Shown: piece after piece, positions 52,396 to 63,625 of the stretch
Numbering within the stretch: position 1 is the stretch's first letter
How the letters are laid out: each line of letters opens with the position of its first letter
Source: an uncultured Acidobacteriota bacterium
GTDB taxonomy: Bacteria > Acidobacteriota > UBA6911
Assembly (NCBI GenBank): GCA_963827655.1
Contig: CAWHCF010000026.1
Coordinates: 1 to 64,000 of the forward strand
DNA: 64,000 nucleotides
Direction: 5' to 3'
Made by a program: the position numbers and the translations under genes
The notes under the pieces: model-generated
The model's database searches: none
Seen by the model: only the letters and a program-made list of their open reading frames with translations
What the model was told of the DNA's origin: nothing

Positions 52396-53823
52396 TCAGA
52401 CGATCGGCTCGATGACCGTTCCGTGCAGCTCGGTAAGGCGTTCCTTTCGCCCCTGGTGCAGGTAGCTGAGGGCGTCCTGGTCGAGTCCCAGCTGGTGCAG
52501 AATTGTGGTGTGAATATCGCGAAAGTGGTACGGATTTTCAACGGCGCGCAACCCGATCTCATCGGTAGCGCCCACCACCTGGCCTCCCTTGATGCCGCCG
52601 CCGGCCATCCACATCGTGAACCCGAGGTTATGGTGGTCGCGTCCTTTGCTTCCCTGTGACTCGGGGGAGCGCCCGAACTCGCCGCCCCAAAGTACCAGCG
52701 TGGTGTCGAGCAGCCCGCGCCGCTTCAGGTCTTTCAACAGCGCCGCTACCGGTTGATCCGTATGGGCCGCCATCCTCAGGTGGTTCTCTTCGATGTCGTC
52801 GTGCGCGTCCCATTGCAAGTTGCCCGGCCCCCCACCCGAAACGGGGCAGACAAACCGCACTCCTTTTTCAACCAGCCTGCGCGCAAGGAGGCAGCGGCGC
52901 CCGTAATCGTCGGTCGCCGTCTTTCCGATTCCATAAAGATCGAGCGTCTCTTGCGGTTCGTTCGACAGGTCGAAGACCGCGGGCGCTTCAGTCTGCATCT
53001 TGAAGGCAAGATCGTAGGAGTTGATGCGCGCCGCAAACTCCGTGTCGTCTTCGGTCAGATTTGCCTCATTCAGACGCCGGATCAGATCGAGCGTTTTCCG
53101 CCGTTCCTCGAGCGAAACGCCCTCCGGCAGGTCGAGATTGAGAACCGGGCGTTTCCCGCTGCGCAGCATGGTCGGTTGATACACAGCCGGGAGAAACCCG
53201 TTCAGATACATGGGCTGTCCGGCTTCGAGCGCTCCCTTTGGATCCGGCATCAAAACATAGGCCGGGAGCGATTCGCTTTCCGAGCCGAGACCGTAGATGA
53301 CCCAGGAGCCCATGCTGGGAAAACCTGGAATGACACGACCCGTGAAGAGCTGATACTGCGCCGCCGAATGCACCACCATGTCGCCGTGGCAGGACCGGAT
53401 TACCGCGATATCGTCGATACACTCGGCGGTGTGCGGAAACAGATCCGAAACCTCGATTCCGCTCTTGCCATATTTTTTGAATGTGCGCTTGGTTCCCAGG
53501 AGCTTTGCGTCCGGACTGATGAACTGATACTTGGCTTCGCCGAAGCTCTCCGGGCGCTTCTGGCCGCTGAGCTGGTTCAGCAGCGGCTTCGGATCGAACG
53601 TCTCCATGTGACTGGGTCCGCCGCCCATGAAGAGAAAGATGACCGACTTGGCCTTCGCCTTGTCGGGCATGTGCGGCCGCTTGGGCGCAAGCGGATTGAT
53701 GCTTGCCGCTCGCGCGTCTTCTTGATGCAGCATCGCGGCGTACGCGAGCGCTCCAAAACCGCAGAACGCATCGCAGATGAAATCGCGTCGATTGCGTGTT
53801 AGACGAGTATGTTCGGGCATCAT
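52396..53823 (-). CDS. DUF1501 domain protein
   Basis: AKSVIFLFMGGGPSH.ETFDPKP, WDAH, GEFGRSP and GRDH. Confidence 0.93.
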   Translation of the reverse strand: MMPEHTRLTRNRRDFICDAFCGFGALAYAAMLHQEDARAASINPLAPKRPHMPDKAKAKSVIFLFMGGGPSHMETFDPKPLLNQLSGQKRPESFGEAKYQFISPDAKLLGTKRTFKKYGKSGIEVSDLFPHTAECIDDIAVIRSCHGDMVVHSAAQYQLFTGRVIPGFPSMGSWVIYGLGSESESLPAYVLMPDPKGALEAGQPMYLNGFLPAVYQPTMLRSGKRPVLNLDLPEGVSLEERRKTLDLIRRLNEANLTEDDTEFAARINSYDLAFKMQTEAPAVFDLSNEPQETLDLYGIGKTATDDYGRRCLLARRLVEKGVRFVCPVSGGGPGNLQWDAHDDIEENHLRMAAHTDQPVAALLKDLKRRGLLDTTLVLWGGEFGRSPESQGSKGRDHHNLGFTMWMAGGGIKGGQVVGATDEIGLRAVENPYHFRDIHTTILHQLGLDQDALSYLHQGRKERLTELHGTVIEPIV

Positions 53824-53849
53824 TTTCTTTGTGTCTTGGGTGGCAGCTC

Positions 53850-55872
53850 TCAGTTTACATACAAGAAGGCGTTCAGATTAAGCACCGCCAGGGCAAACTC
53901 TCGCAGAGACTGGCTCTTGAGAAAATCAAGCGCTGCCTGCGTTTCCTTGGAGTTCGGCGGGCGTCCCGAAACCAGGCGATAAGCAAGATCGACCTGCCGG
54001 CGGTGGTCAGGTCCGGCATCAGTTTCGAGCCTCTTCGCCAGAGATTCCGCTTGCTGATTGGCAAAGGCGCCGTTCAGCAGCTCGAGCGCCTGGGTGGCAT
54101 GGGTGCTCGATTCCCGCCGTGGACAACTGGCCAGCGCATCCGGCGCGTCGAATACTTCCATGAATGGCACGCGCAGGTTTCGTTTGGCGATCAGATAGAT
54201 GCTGCGTCGCGCATGTTCTGTGGGATCGGGAGTGACGGCCCACTGCGACGGCTTGTAAAGCGCGTTCACCAGTTCTTTGTCGATCGGCACGATGACGCTG
54301 GGTCCGCCCATCTTTGGATTAAAAGCTCCAGAAACGGTCAGCATTGCGTCACGAATCTCCTCGGCTTCGAGGCGCCGCCGGTTGAACTTCCAAAGCAGGG
54401 TGTTTTCCGGGTCTTTCTTGTTGGCCTCGTCGTTCAAGGCACTGGAAGATTGCTGGTAGGTGCTGCTGAGCAGAATCAGCCGGTGTACCGGCTTTAATTT
54501 GAACCCGCCGGCGACGAATTCATTGGCCAGGTAATCGAGCAGCTCCGGGTGCGTCGGGCGGGCGCCCCTGCGCCCGAAGTCGTTCGCAGTGGCCACGATT
54601 CCACGACCGAAGTGATAGTGCCAGGTTCGATTCACCATGACCCGGGCGGTAAGCGGATTTTCGGGATCGACGATCCATTTCGCCAGGCTGGTGCGCGGGT
54701 TGTTCGCGCTCGCCGGCTGCTCCGGGCTCCCGTCAGGCAATAGCACGCCGAGGGGTCGCATGCCGACGCGATCCCCTTTCTTCTGGTACTCGCCTCGAGC
54801 CAGGATGTGAATGGGGCTTTGCTTCTCCGCCTCATTCGCAGACGCTGAATAGTGCCGGGAGGGGCTCAGGCATGCGTTCCTGCGCCTCTTCAATCTTCTT
54901 CTGCATGGCCTGGCGCTGTTCGCCTTTCAAAGGCCTCATGGCTTCGCGCAACCGTTTGATTTCCTGCTCTACCGGCTGCGCCTTTTCCTTCCAGGATGCC
55001 TGCTCTTCGGCGGTGGCATTCGGCACATCCTTGTCGTGCGTGGCAGAAAAATAGGCCTGGATCCGGTAGTAGTCGCTCTGCTTGATGGGATCAAACATGT
55101 GATCGTGGCAGCGCGCGCAGCCGAGCGTAACGCCGAGAAGCGAGGAGCCCACGACGTTGGTCATCTCGGTAAGAACCTCATTGCGGCTGCTTGCCACTTC
55201 CTGGTTACCGGCGTTCTTGCGCAGGGGCCCCAGGCGATTGAAGCCCGCAGCAATCAGCGTTTCCTCCTGACTGGGGCCGATTTCATCGCCGGCGAGTTGC
55301 TCGACTATGAATCGGTCGTACGGCTTGTCGTCGTTGAATGCTTTGATGACGTAATCACGGTAACGCCAGGCGTCTTTGCGGTGGGTGTCGTATTCGAAGC
55401 CGTCGGTTTCGGCGAAGCGCACGACGTCGAGCCAATGCTGCCCCCAGCGCTCGCCGTAATGAGGGCTGGCCAGGAGGCGTTCAACCAGCTTTGGGTACGA
55501 ATCGGGAGACTTATCGGCGATGAACTCGGCTACTTCTTGCGGCGCCGGCGGAAGGCCGATCAAGTCGAAGTAAAGCCGCCGGATCAGAGTGCCCCGGTCC
55601 GCCAGTGGAGCGGGGCGGAGGCCCTCTTTCGTCAGCCGGGCGAGAATGAAGGCGTCAACCGGGTTCTTGACCCAGTTCCGGTCGGCGGGGAGTGTGAAGC
55701 GAGGAATGTCCGGCTGGCTTCGTTTGACAAAAGCCCAGTGCTGGCGCTGCGCGGCCGTGAACTCCCCGAGCGGCGCCGTTTTTTCTTCTGCGAACAAGTA
55801 CGGAAGAAGAACAGCTCCAATGAACCACAGATAAGGGCGCACTGAGGGTCTCTCCACAAAGATGCTGGACAT
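53850..55872 (-). CDS. DUF1549 + DUF1553 (PSD1-type) protein; frameshift near 54840
   Basis: YGERWGQHWLD and CARCHDH.FDP join to NPLTARVMVNR, PTHPELLD and RRLEAEEIRD. Confidence 0.92.
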
Positions 55873-56081
55873 TATACAACGGATGCCAGTTCATGCATAA
55901 GGATCTCTCGCGCCTCGACAATTTTCATATCTGACTTTGGAGTGCGCAAGCTTGCGTGCGCCTTGTGCTGCGGCAGCTTGCTGCACTCTCGTTCCGATGG
56001 AATCTCGGCTCCGCCCCGATCTGCGCCTGAAGTATAATCGCAATCAAACGCCCGATAAGCATTCATACGGAGGAAGCTATC

Positions 56082-56861
56082 GTGATCACGCTAGCCCGGT
56101 ATCAGGCTGGAGAAGTTATTGTTCAAGAAAACGACTTTGGCGAAAATGCCTACGTCATCGAACAAGGGCAGGTTGAAGTAACCAAGGAACTGGACGGGCA
56201 AAGCGTCCACCTGGCTTATCTTGGGGCCGGAGAAACCTTTGGCGAAATGAGCATGATTGACGAGAAGCCACGCAGCGCAACCGTGACTGCCGTTACCGAG
56301 ACTGTAGTAAGTGAGATCCGGAGGGAAGACTTTTTCAACAGCTTTCAGACCGACCCAAAAGTGGCGCTCGCGCTTTTAAAAGTGCTCTTCGAGCGTTTGC
56401 GTGAGGCGGATGCCAAGATCTTGCAGCTCCAAAAAGCTGACCCTCAGCACGCGGGGATCCCGAAGGAAGCCTTGGCCGTAGTCCCCCCTCGGGGACAGCT
56501 CACTATCACGCTGGAAGGGGTAACGCCGCGAGCTGCCGCCGCTCTACCGGTAACTCCTTTTCAGATCACACAATTTCCCTTTCGTATTGGCAGACTGAGT
56601 CCAGATCCGCTTATCTATAATGATTTGATGATTCCCGACTCCGTGCCGCTGCAAATCTCTCGGCATCATCTTGCCTTTATCGCATACGAAGATCGTGTAG
56701 GGGTTGTGGACCGAGGTAGCCGCCTGGGTTCATGGGTAGATGGTCAACAGCTCGGTGGGCCGTCCGGTCCCTCTGGCCCCCTGTTTTTTACAGGGTCGGA
56801 AGGGCTTCTTGTGTTAGGGAATCCGGACTCCCCATTCAGATATCGGGTTAGCCTCCGCTAG
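56082..56861 (+). CDS. Cyclic-nucleotide-binding plus FHA domain protein
   Basis: FGEMSMIDEKPRSATV phosphate-binding cassette. FHA motifs FRIGR, ISRHH and DRGSRLG. Confidence 0.85.
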   Translation: MITLARYQAGEVIVQENDFGENAYVIEQGQVEVTKELDGQSVHLAYLGAGETFGEMSMIDEKPRSATVTAVTETVVSEIRREDFFNSFQTDPKVALALLKVLFERLREADAKILQLQKADPQHAGIPKEALAVVPPRGQLTITLEGVTPRAAAALPVTPFQITQFPFRIGRLSPDPLIYNDLMIPDSVPLQISRHHLAFIAYEDRVGVVDRGSRLGSWVDGQQLGGPSGPSGPLFFTGSEGLLVLGNPDSPFRYRVSLR

Positions 56862-57287
56862 CGACCAGCTCGGATCAGGCGTCGGGAAGTTTTAACAAGC
56901 CGCTGGGCCGCGGAAGGTGAGGATCTGGCACCGGACGCCGTGAAGCAGGGTAGCGAGAAAGCGAACGAGGGCGAGGACGCCGCCAACGCCGGACCCGGAG
57001 TCCCAGCCCGCGAATATGTTTCACACAGACCCACCAGCTGGAGAAATTCGCTGGCTACTGCGACGCCTCCGCGATGCAAATCCCTACCTATACTCAAAGT
57101 GTGCCAAGATTCTTGCCTCACAGCGCGCGGTTGACTTAGGATGCCACTCGGCGGCGTGGTGAGGGACATAAAGATTCTTTTCCGAAGCCCGACTGACCGC
57201 TTGCTGACCTGAAATGACGCTTATTTTTCCTCGCCATTGCAATGTGCAACCGTACGCCTCTAAAGGCAGTGACATTATCGACCAGCG

Positions 57288-59909
57288 ATGATCGGTCAAA
57301 CTCTCGGCCAATACCGAATCGAGGAGAAGCTCGGCGAAGGCGGCATGGGCAAGGTCTACCGGGCCCGGGATAGCAGACTCGGACGCCATGTCGCGATCAA
57401 GGTCCTGCCTGAGAACTTCGGGCGCGATCCCGAACGCCTGGCCCGTTTGACTCGTGAGGCGAGGGTGCTGGCTGCCCTCAACCACCCCAATATTGCTGCC
57501 ATTTACCAACTGGAACAGACCGAGGGTAGGACATTCCTGGTGCTGGAACTGGTCGAGGGCGAAAACCTGCGGGTGCCGCTGCCGCTCAACGAAGCCTTAA
57601 GCGTGGCGCGGCAGATCACAGAGGCACTGGAGGCCGCCCATGAGAAGGGGATCGTCCACCGCGACCTGAAGCCAGCGAACATCAAAGTCACTCCGGAACG
57701 CAAGGTCAAGGTCCTGGACTTCGGCTTGGCAAAAGCGCTCCAAGAGCCCGCGGAGACGGACCAGTCGACGACCATCAGCATGGCCACGACGCGGGCGGAC
57801 GCAATTGTGGGGACGCCTGCTTACATGAGCCCGGAGCAGGCGGCGGGCCAGCCTGTGGACAAGCGGACCGACATTTGGTCCTTCGGCTGTGTGCTCTATG
57901 AGATGCTCGCCGGCCGCCGGGCTTTTGGCGGCCAGACGATCATCGAGACGCTCTCGGCGGTGGCGAAGGCCGAGCCTGAGTGGACTCGATTGCCGCCAGC
58001 CACACCCAACACGGTTCGCCAGGTGCTGAATCTCTGCCTCAAGAAGGAGCCTTCCCAACGTCTCCACCACATCGTCGACGCGCGCATCCTCATCGAGCAC
58101 GCGGAGATTCCCTCAGGAATATCCACAACCAGACGCGCGCCGCGTGGGCTGATCCTCGCGGGTGCGGTCGTGCTCGCGGCGTCGATCATGTCGTTCTACC
58201 TGGGCCGCCGCAGCGGTGCGGAACAGCCGCAGGTCGCCCGCCCTCTCACCCACACTGCGATCGACTTGACAGCGAATGCGCAGCTTGCCTTAGGTATTCA
58301 GGTTCCACTGACGGGCTTCGACAGCCCCGTCATTGCGCTCTCTCGCGATGGACGCTACCTCGCTTATGTCGGCCAGTCGCCCTCCGGCACGATGCTGTAT
58401 CTGCGCGAGATCGGAGCCTTGACCGTACGGCCGGTGACCGGCACGGAAGGCGCCATTTACGCCTTCTTTTCACCGGACACCCGCTGGCTCGGCTTTCTCA
58501 CAAACGACAAAGTCAAAAAGGTACCGCTACACAGCGGCGCGCCATCCATCTTGTGCGATGCGCGCCAGCCGATACGCGCAAGCTGGACACTTGACGACAC
58601 GATTTATTTTATCGACGTTTACGGCGGCCGCATTTCTCGTGTCGCGGCCGCAGGCGGCGGCCCAACAGTGGTGGCGGCGGTGCACACCGCAACACCGGAC
58701 GCGGCGAGCGGCAGTTTCAGCCAGGTCTTGCCGAACGGTGAGTGGGCGCTGATGACGAATTGGACGCGAAGCATCAGCGCAGACTACGCGGAGGTCGTGC
58801 TCCGGTCCCTGACGACCGGCGAATCCCGGGTGTTGATCCGGGCTGGATACGACGCACGTTACATCCCGCCTAATCATGTGATGTTCGGGCGCGGCGGAGA
58901 CCTGTTCGCCGTCCGGTTCAATCCTACGCGTGGCGAGATCGAAGGCGACCCCTTCCCCCTGGTGAGCGGCGTGAGCATGGTATCGTTGTGGGGGCAGGTG
59001 CACGCCGCGATCTCGGAGAACGGTCTCATCGCATACGTTCCGGGCGGGGATCTCGCCATCGGACGCCTGGCGTGGGTGGATCGCCAGGGGCGCACCGAGT
59101 TTCTGGCCGCGCCCGCGCGGCTGTACAGTGTGTTCGATCTGGCGCCGGATGGCGAGCGGTTGGCCGTGCACGTGGCCGACGTCACCGATTACATCTGGAT
59201 CTACGACCTCAAGAGGGGCGAGGGGCGGAGGCTGACCGCAGGCAAACACAGCGGCTGGCCGGTCTGGAATCCCGACAGTAGAACAGTCGCATTCTCCGGA
59301 TGGGAGACGCTCGGACGGCACAGCATCTCGACGCAGCCGGCCGACGGGGGAGGCGAAGCCAGGGAGATCCTCGCGCCCTCGCAGGAGAGCCGCCGCAGGA
59401 GCCCCTCGTCCTGGTCGGCTGATCATCGCGTGCTGGCACTCGATCGCTGGGGGGGTGTGAGTTTCCTCAGCCTGAGCGACGCAGAAGTGCGCCCGCCAGA
59501 TCCAAGCCCTAACGAGTGGGGCGCAGACTTTTCGCCCGACGGCCGCTGGGTTGCCTACGTTTCAGAAGAACTTGGGCGCTCAGAGATATTCGTGCGCTCG
59601 TTTCCCGAAGCCAGCACAGTTCGTCAGATATCGACCGAGGGCGGGGTAGAGCCGGTCTGGTGTCCGTGCGGCGAGTTGTTCTGGCGTCATGGCAACCGCT
59701 GGATGTCGGTCGTCGTGCGAACCCAGCCCGCACTGAGTTGGGATCCACCGCAGTTTGTCTTTCAGACCGATTTTATCGACACGGAGGGCCGATCCTACGA
59801 CGTGTCGTCCGACGGCAAGCGGCTGCTCGTGGTAAAGCGTGCCGAACCCTACGAGAGATCGCGCATCTACCTCGTTACTAATTGGATGGAAAAGGTGCTC
59901 CGGCGCTAA
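57288..59909 (+). CDS. Hanks-type Ser/Thr kinase with a hydrophobic segment and a PD40/TolB-like propeller
   Basis: GEGGMG, VAIK, HRDLKPAN, DFG and YMSPEQ. Repeated SPDG/SRDG blades. Confidence 0.95.
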   Translation: MIGQTLGQYRIEEKLGEGGMGKVYRARDSRLGRHVAIKVLPENFGRDPERLARLTREARVLAALNHPNIAAIYQLEQTEGRTFLVLELVEGENLRVPLPLNEALSVARQITEALEAAHEKGIVHRDLKPANIKVTPERKVKVLDFGLAKALQEPAETDQSTTISMATTRADAIVGTPAYMSPEQAAGQPVDKRTDIWSFGCVLYEMLAGRRAFGGQTIIETLSAVAKAEPEWTRLPPATPNTVRQVLNLCLKKEPSQRLHHIVDARILIEHAEIPSGISTTRRAPRGLILAGAVVLAASIMSFYLGRRSGAEQPQVARPLTHTAIDLTANAQLALGIQVPLTGFDSPVIALSRDGRYLAYVGQSPSGTMLYLREIGALTVRPVTGTEGAIYAFFSPDTRWLGFLTNDKVKKVPLHSGAPSILCDARQPIRASWTLDDTIYFIDVYGGRISRVAAAGGGPTVVAAVHTATPDAASGSFSQVLPNGEWALMTNWTRSISADYAEVVLRSLTTGESRVLIRAGYDARYIPPNHVMFGRGGDLFAVRFNPTRGEIEGDPFPLVSGVSMVSLWGQVHAAISENGLIAYVPGGDLAIGRLAWVDRQGRTEFLAAPARLYSVFDLAPDGERLAVHVADVTDYIWIYDLKRGEGRRLTAGKHSGWPVWNPDSRTVAFSGWETLGRHSISTQPADGGGEAREILAPSQESRRRSPSSWSADHRVLALDRWGGVSFLSLSDAEVRPPDPSPNEWGADFSPDGRWVAYVSEELGRSEIFVRSFPEASTVRQISTEGGVEPVWCPCGELFWRHGNRWMSVVVRTQPALSWDPPQFVFQTDFIDTEGRSYDVSSDGKRLLVVKRAEPYERSRIYLVTNWMEKVLRR

Positions 59910-60143
59910 ACGAGTGAACGTCATGAGCATCTCCGCCGAAGCGCACGTTGCGTCGACGTCGACCTCGCAGCCGTCCTCGGTCCCCCGGACCGGCGTCTGG
60001 TACGCTCGGAAGCAAGGCCCTCCGGCGCGCACCCAGGAGGTGTCCATGTTCGCTCGTACGCGCTAGAATGGCCGAGGTTGCTCTGGGTAATACAAGCCGG
60101 GGGATGCCCGACCAGCGGCGACTAAGCCTGAGACAGGAGGCAT

Positions 60144-63100
60144 ATGAGACCGTTTATTCTGTGCTGCGTGATTTCGATTCGGTTGATGGCCGGCGTGGCT
60201 TTCGGCCAGACTGCCAGTATCACGGGATTAATAAAAGACCAGACTGGAGCGGTTCTGCCGGGAGCGACAGTGCTGCTGGTAAATGTTGAGACCGGGATCC
60301 AGCGTACAACTCTGACTAACGATGAGGGATATTACACGCTCCAGCTATTACAGCCTGGAGACTATCGGATTTCGGTCCAGGCGACCGGCTTCAAGCCGAT
60401 CGTTCGCTCGGGAATAAAGCTCGAGGTGCAACAGATAGCGCGCATCGATTTCGCCATGGAGCTTGGAGAGCTTACCCAAGAGATAAATGTTACCGGCGCG
60501 GCGCCTTTGCTCGAGCAGGAGAGTTCCTCGTTGGGAGAAGTAATACAGGGCCGCAAAGTGGAGGACCTGCCCTTGAACGGGCGCAACCCCCTCGCCCTGG
60601 TCGCGCTGGTGCCAGGCGTCGTGCCGCAGGGCCTGTCACAAGTCGCTCCGGCGGTGCCGAATTTTTATGCCTTCGGGAATTTCCAGATCAGCGGCGCCCT
60701 GGGCAATCAGAGCGAGATGACGTGGGACGGTGCGATTCTGAATGGTCCTTTAATGAACGGTATCAGGTTCGTCCCCACAGCAGATTCGATCGAAGAGTTC
60801 AGGGTGCAGACCAATAACCTTTCCGCCGAATTCGGCCGCAGCGCCGGCGGTATCGTAAGTGTGGTTACCAAGTCAGGAACCAACGAGTTCCACGGCAGCG
60901 CGTATGAGTTTCTGCGCAATAAGGTGCTGAACGCGAATACATTCTTCAACAATGCCAGGGGCGTCGAGAGACCTGATTTTACTCAAAACCAGTTCGGGGC
61001 GACATTCGGCGGACGCATAATCCGCGACAAAACATTCTTCTTTACCAGCTTCGAAGGTTTCCGGCTGCGGCAGGGCCGCTCGGAGATATTCACCGTGCCT
61101 ACGATGAAAATGCTGGCGGGCGATTTCTCAGAGATCGGGCGAAACGTTTATGATCCGCTGACGACGCGGCCGGATCCCGCTAACCCGGGCCAGTTCATTC
61201 GCGATCCCTTTCCTGGAAACATCATTCCGCGGGAACGCATTGATACAGTCGCCGCACAATACGTGGCGCAGCGAATGTGGGCATTGCCCAATAGTCCGGG
61301 AGCCGCATTCAACTGGGCCGGCAATACCAAGGTGCGCGCGAACTCCGAGCAATTCACTGCTCGCTTGGACCATATGCTTGGTGAAAAACAGAAAATCCTG
61401 GGACGCTACTCGATCTGGAAAGCGGGCACCCCAGGACCGTTTGCCTTTAATAACGGACTGATAGTGCAGGATCAGAGCATATTCCCGGACTTCCGGCAGA
61501 CCCAACAGGCTGTTTTTGAAGATGTCGTATCCTTCTCTCCCAACACGATTGCTGATTTCCGTTTTTCATACATGCGCTTCGGTTACGATCGCCGCCCGGG
61601 AACCCAAGGCCAGGACTTGACCGCGCTGGGCCTCCCCGCCAATCTGAACGGTCAGATACCATCGGAGTTCCGGCATGTTCCCAATGCTTTCCCTACAGGT
61701 TTCGCCTTTCTTTGGGGTGGTAGCGTGATCTTCCAGGCTGAGGATGTTTACCAGGTTGTGGCCAACTTGAGCAGCATCAGAGGCCGGCACAGGATCAAGT
61801 TCGGAATTGATTTTCGACCGATACGTTTGAACTACACGCAGAGTAACGATACCACTGGCGCTTTCACGGCCAACGGGCTGTTCACCGCCATCGATCCTCT
61901 CAGACCTGCGGGAACCGGGCATTCCTTTGCCGACTTCATGCTGGGGTACCCAAACTCAGGTCAGATCAACACTCCCGCTCGCCTGGCGCAGCAACGCTTC
62001 TACCGCGCTTTCTATTTTCATGATGACATCCATGTGACCAGCACCCTGACGCTCAATCTCGGCGTGCGTTATGATCAGGATGGGGGTTGGAGTGAACGGT
62101 TCGACAGGCAGAGCTTCTTCATGCCGGATGCCGAACATCCACTGGCGGCAGAAACAGGTTTGCCGCTAGTCGGCAGGTTGGGATTAGTCAATTCGCCTGA
62201 TCGCGAGAGCCGCCTCCTGGCGGACACCTTCCTGGGGCAGATTGCCCCGCGATTCGGATTCGCTTACCAGCTTTCCAGCAAGCTGGTAGTCCGAGGAGGG
62301 TATGGCATTTTCTGGCTGCCCAAGACGATTGCGCGCCGAGAGGTGGTTGCCGAGGCGACCGGCTTCAGAACTACGCTTTTTGTCAGCTCCCTTGACGGCC
62401 AGCTGACACCGCTCGATCGTTTAAGTAATCCATTCCCAGGCGGTGTATTACAGCCGGTCGGACGCGATCCAATTTTTCAAGCCCTGCTCACCGGTCAATC
62501 CTGTCCGCAGCACGTTTCCCGACGAATATGCCTATTCGCAGCAGTGGAACTTCAACGTCCAGCATGAACTTCCCGGCGACTTGTTGATTGATGCGGCCTA
62601 TGCCGGCCTGAAGGGCACCAGACTACCCCTTCCTACAGTCCAGCTCAACCAGTTGCCGGTCGAGTTCTTGTCGCTGGGCAGCGGCCTGAACGCTCAAGTG
62701 CCCAATCCTTTCTTGGGCTCGATCAGTTCGGGACCATTGTCGAGGCCCACTGTTGCGCGTGGTCAACTGCTGCGGCCTTTTCCACACTACAGCGATGTCT
62801 TGATAAGAACCCGTTCGCCGGCAGCTCGACGTATCATTCAATGCAGCTGAAAGTGGAGAAGCGCTTCAGGGGCGGTTCCGGTCTTCTGGCCAGCTATACG
62901 ATATCCAAGCTGATCACTGATTCCGAAACTCTTACTACCTGGCTCGAAGCCGGAGTAGCCGGGTTTCAAAACTTCCATAACCGGAGGGCCGAGCGATCGA
63001 TTTCCAGTCAGGATGTTCCTCAGCGATTGGTTCTCAGTTACGCGCTGGACTTGCCCTTTGGGCGTGGACGAAGATTCCTCGGCGGCGCCAGTGGTGGGGC

Positions 63101-63575
63101 GGATAAGTTGATTTCAGGATGGGCGGTCAATGGCATTTACACCTTGCAAGACGGAAATCCCATATTCTTGACCACCGCGACCAACTTGACCAACTCTTTT
63201 GGTGGCGGGTCACGGCCTAACAATAATGGCCAGAGCGCGGAACTGACAGGCTCCGCGAAAGAGCGGCTGAATCGATGGTTCGATACTTCGGTGTTCACCC
63301 AGCCGCCGGCTTTCACCTTTGGTAACGTGTCGCGAACCCTGCCGGACGTGCGCACTCACGGGATCAACAACTTTGATTTTTCTATTTTCAAGAATACATA
63401 CTTCGGACCTGAGGCCAGATTGAATCTGCAATTCCGTGCCGAGTTCTTTAATCTGTTTAATCGAACTAACTTCGGCACTCCGGGTCAAATCCTTGGAACA
63501 CCGCAATTCGGGATTGTCAGTTCGCAGCGAAACGAGCCGCGGCTGGTCCAGTTTGCCTTGAAATTTGTGTTCTAA
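60144..63575 (+). CDS. TonB-dependent receptor (Oar-like); frameshifts near 62500 and 62815
   Basis: LPLNGRN, TKSGTN, IAPRFG and terminal VQFALKFVF across three ORFs. Confidence 0.92.
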
Positions 63576-63578
63576 AGA

Positions 63579-63622
63579 TTCTTGGTGTTTCTTCGTGTCT
63601 TTGAGTCTTGGTGGTATTTGTT
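63579..63622. repeat. Intergenic repeat family copy
   Basis: TTCTTGGTGTTTCTTCGTGTCTTTGAGTCTTGGTGGTATTTGTT. Confidence 0.85.
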
Positions 63623-63625
63623 AAG

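Noticed and set aside
54832-54850. TGA after FSVCE in the PSD1 gene as Sec
   Set aside because: The homologous sequence resumes in a different frame, so it is a frameshift.
56880-57030. Possible second MITE ending TATGTTTCACACAGACCC
   Set aside because: The right end looks IS-like, but I found no matching left inverted repeat or target duplication.
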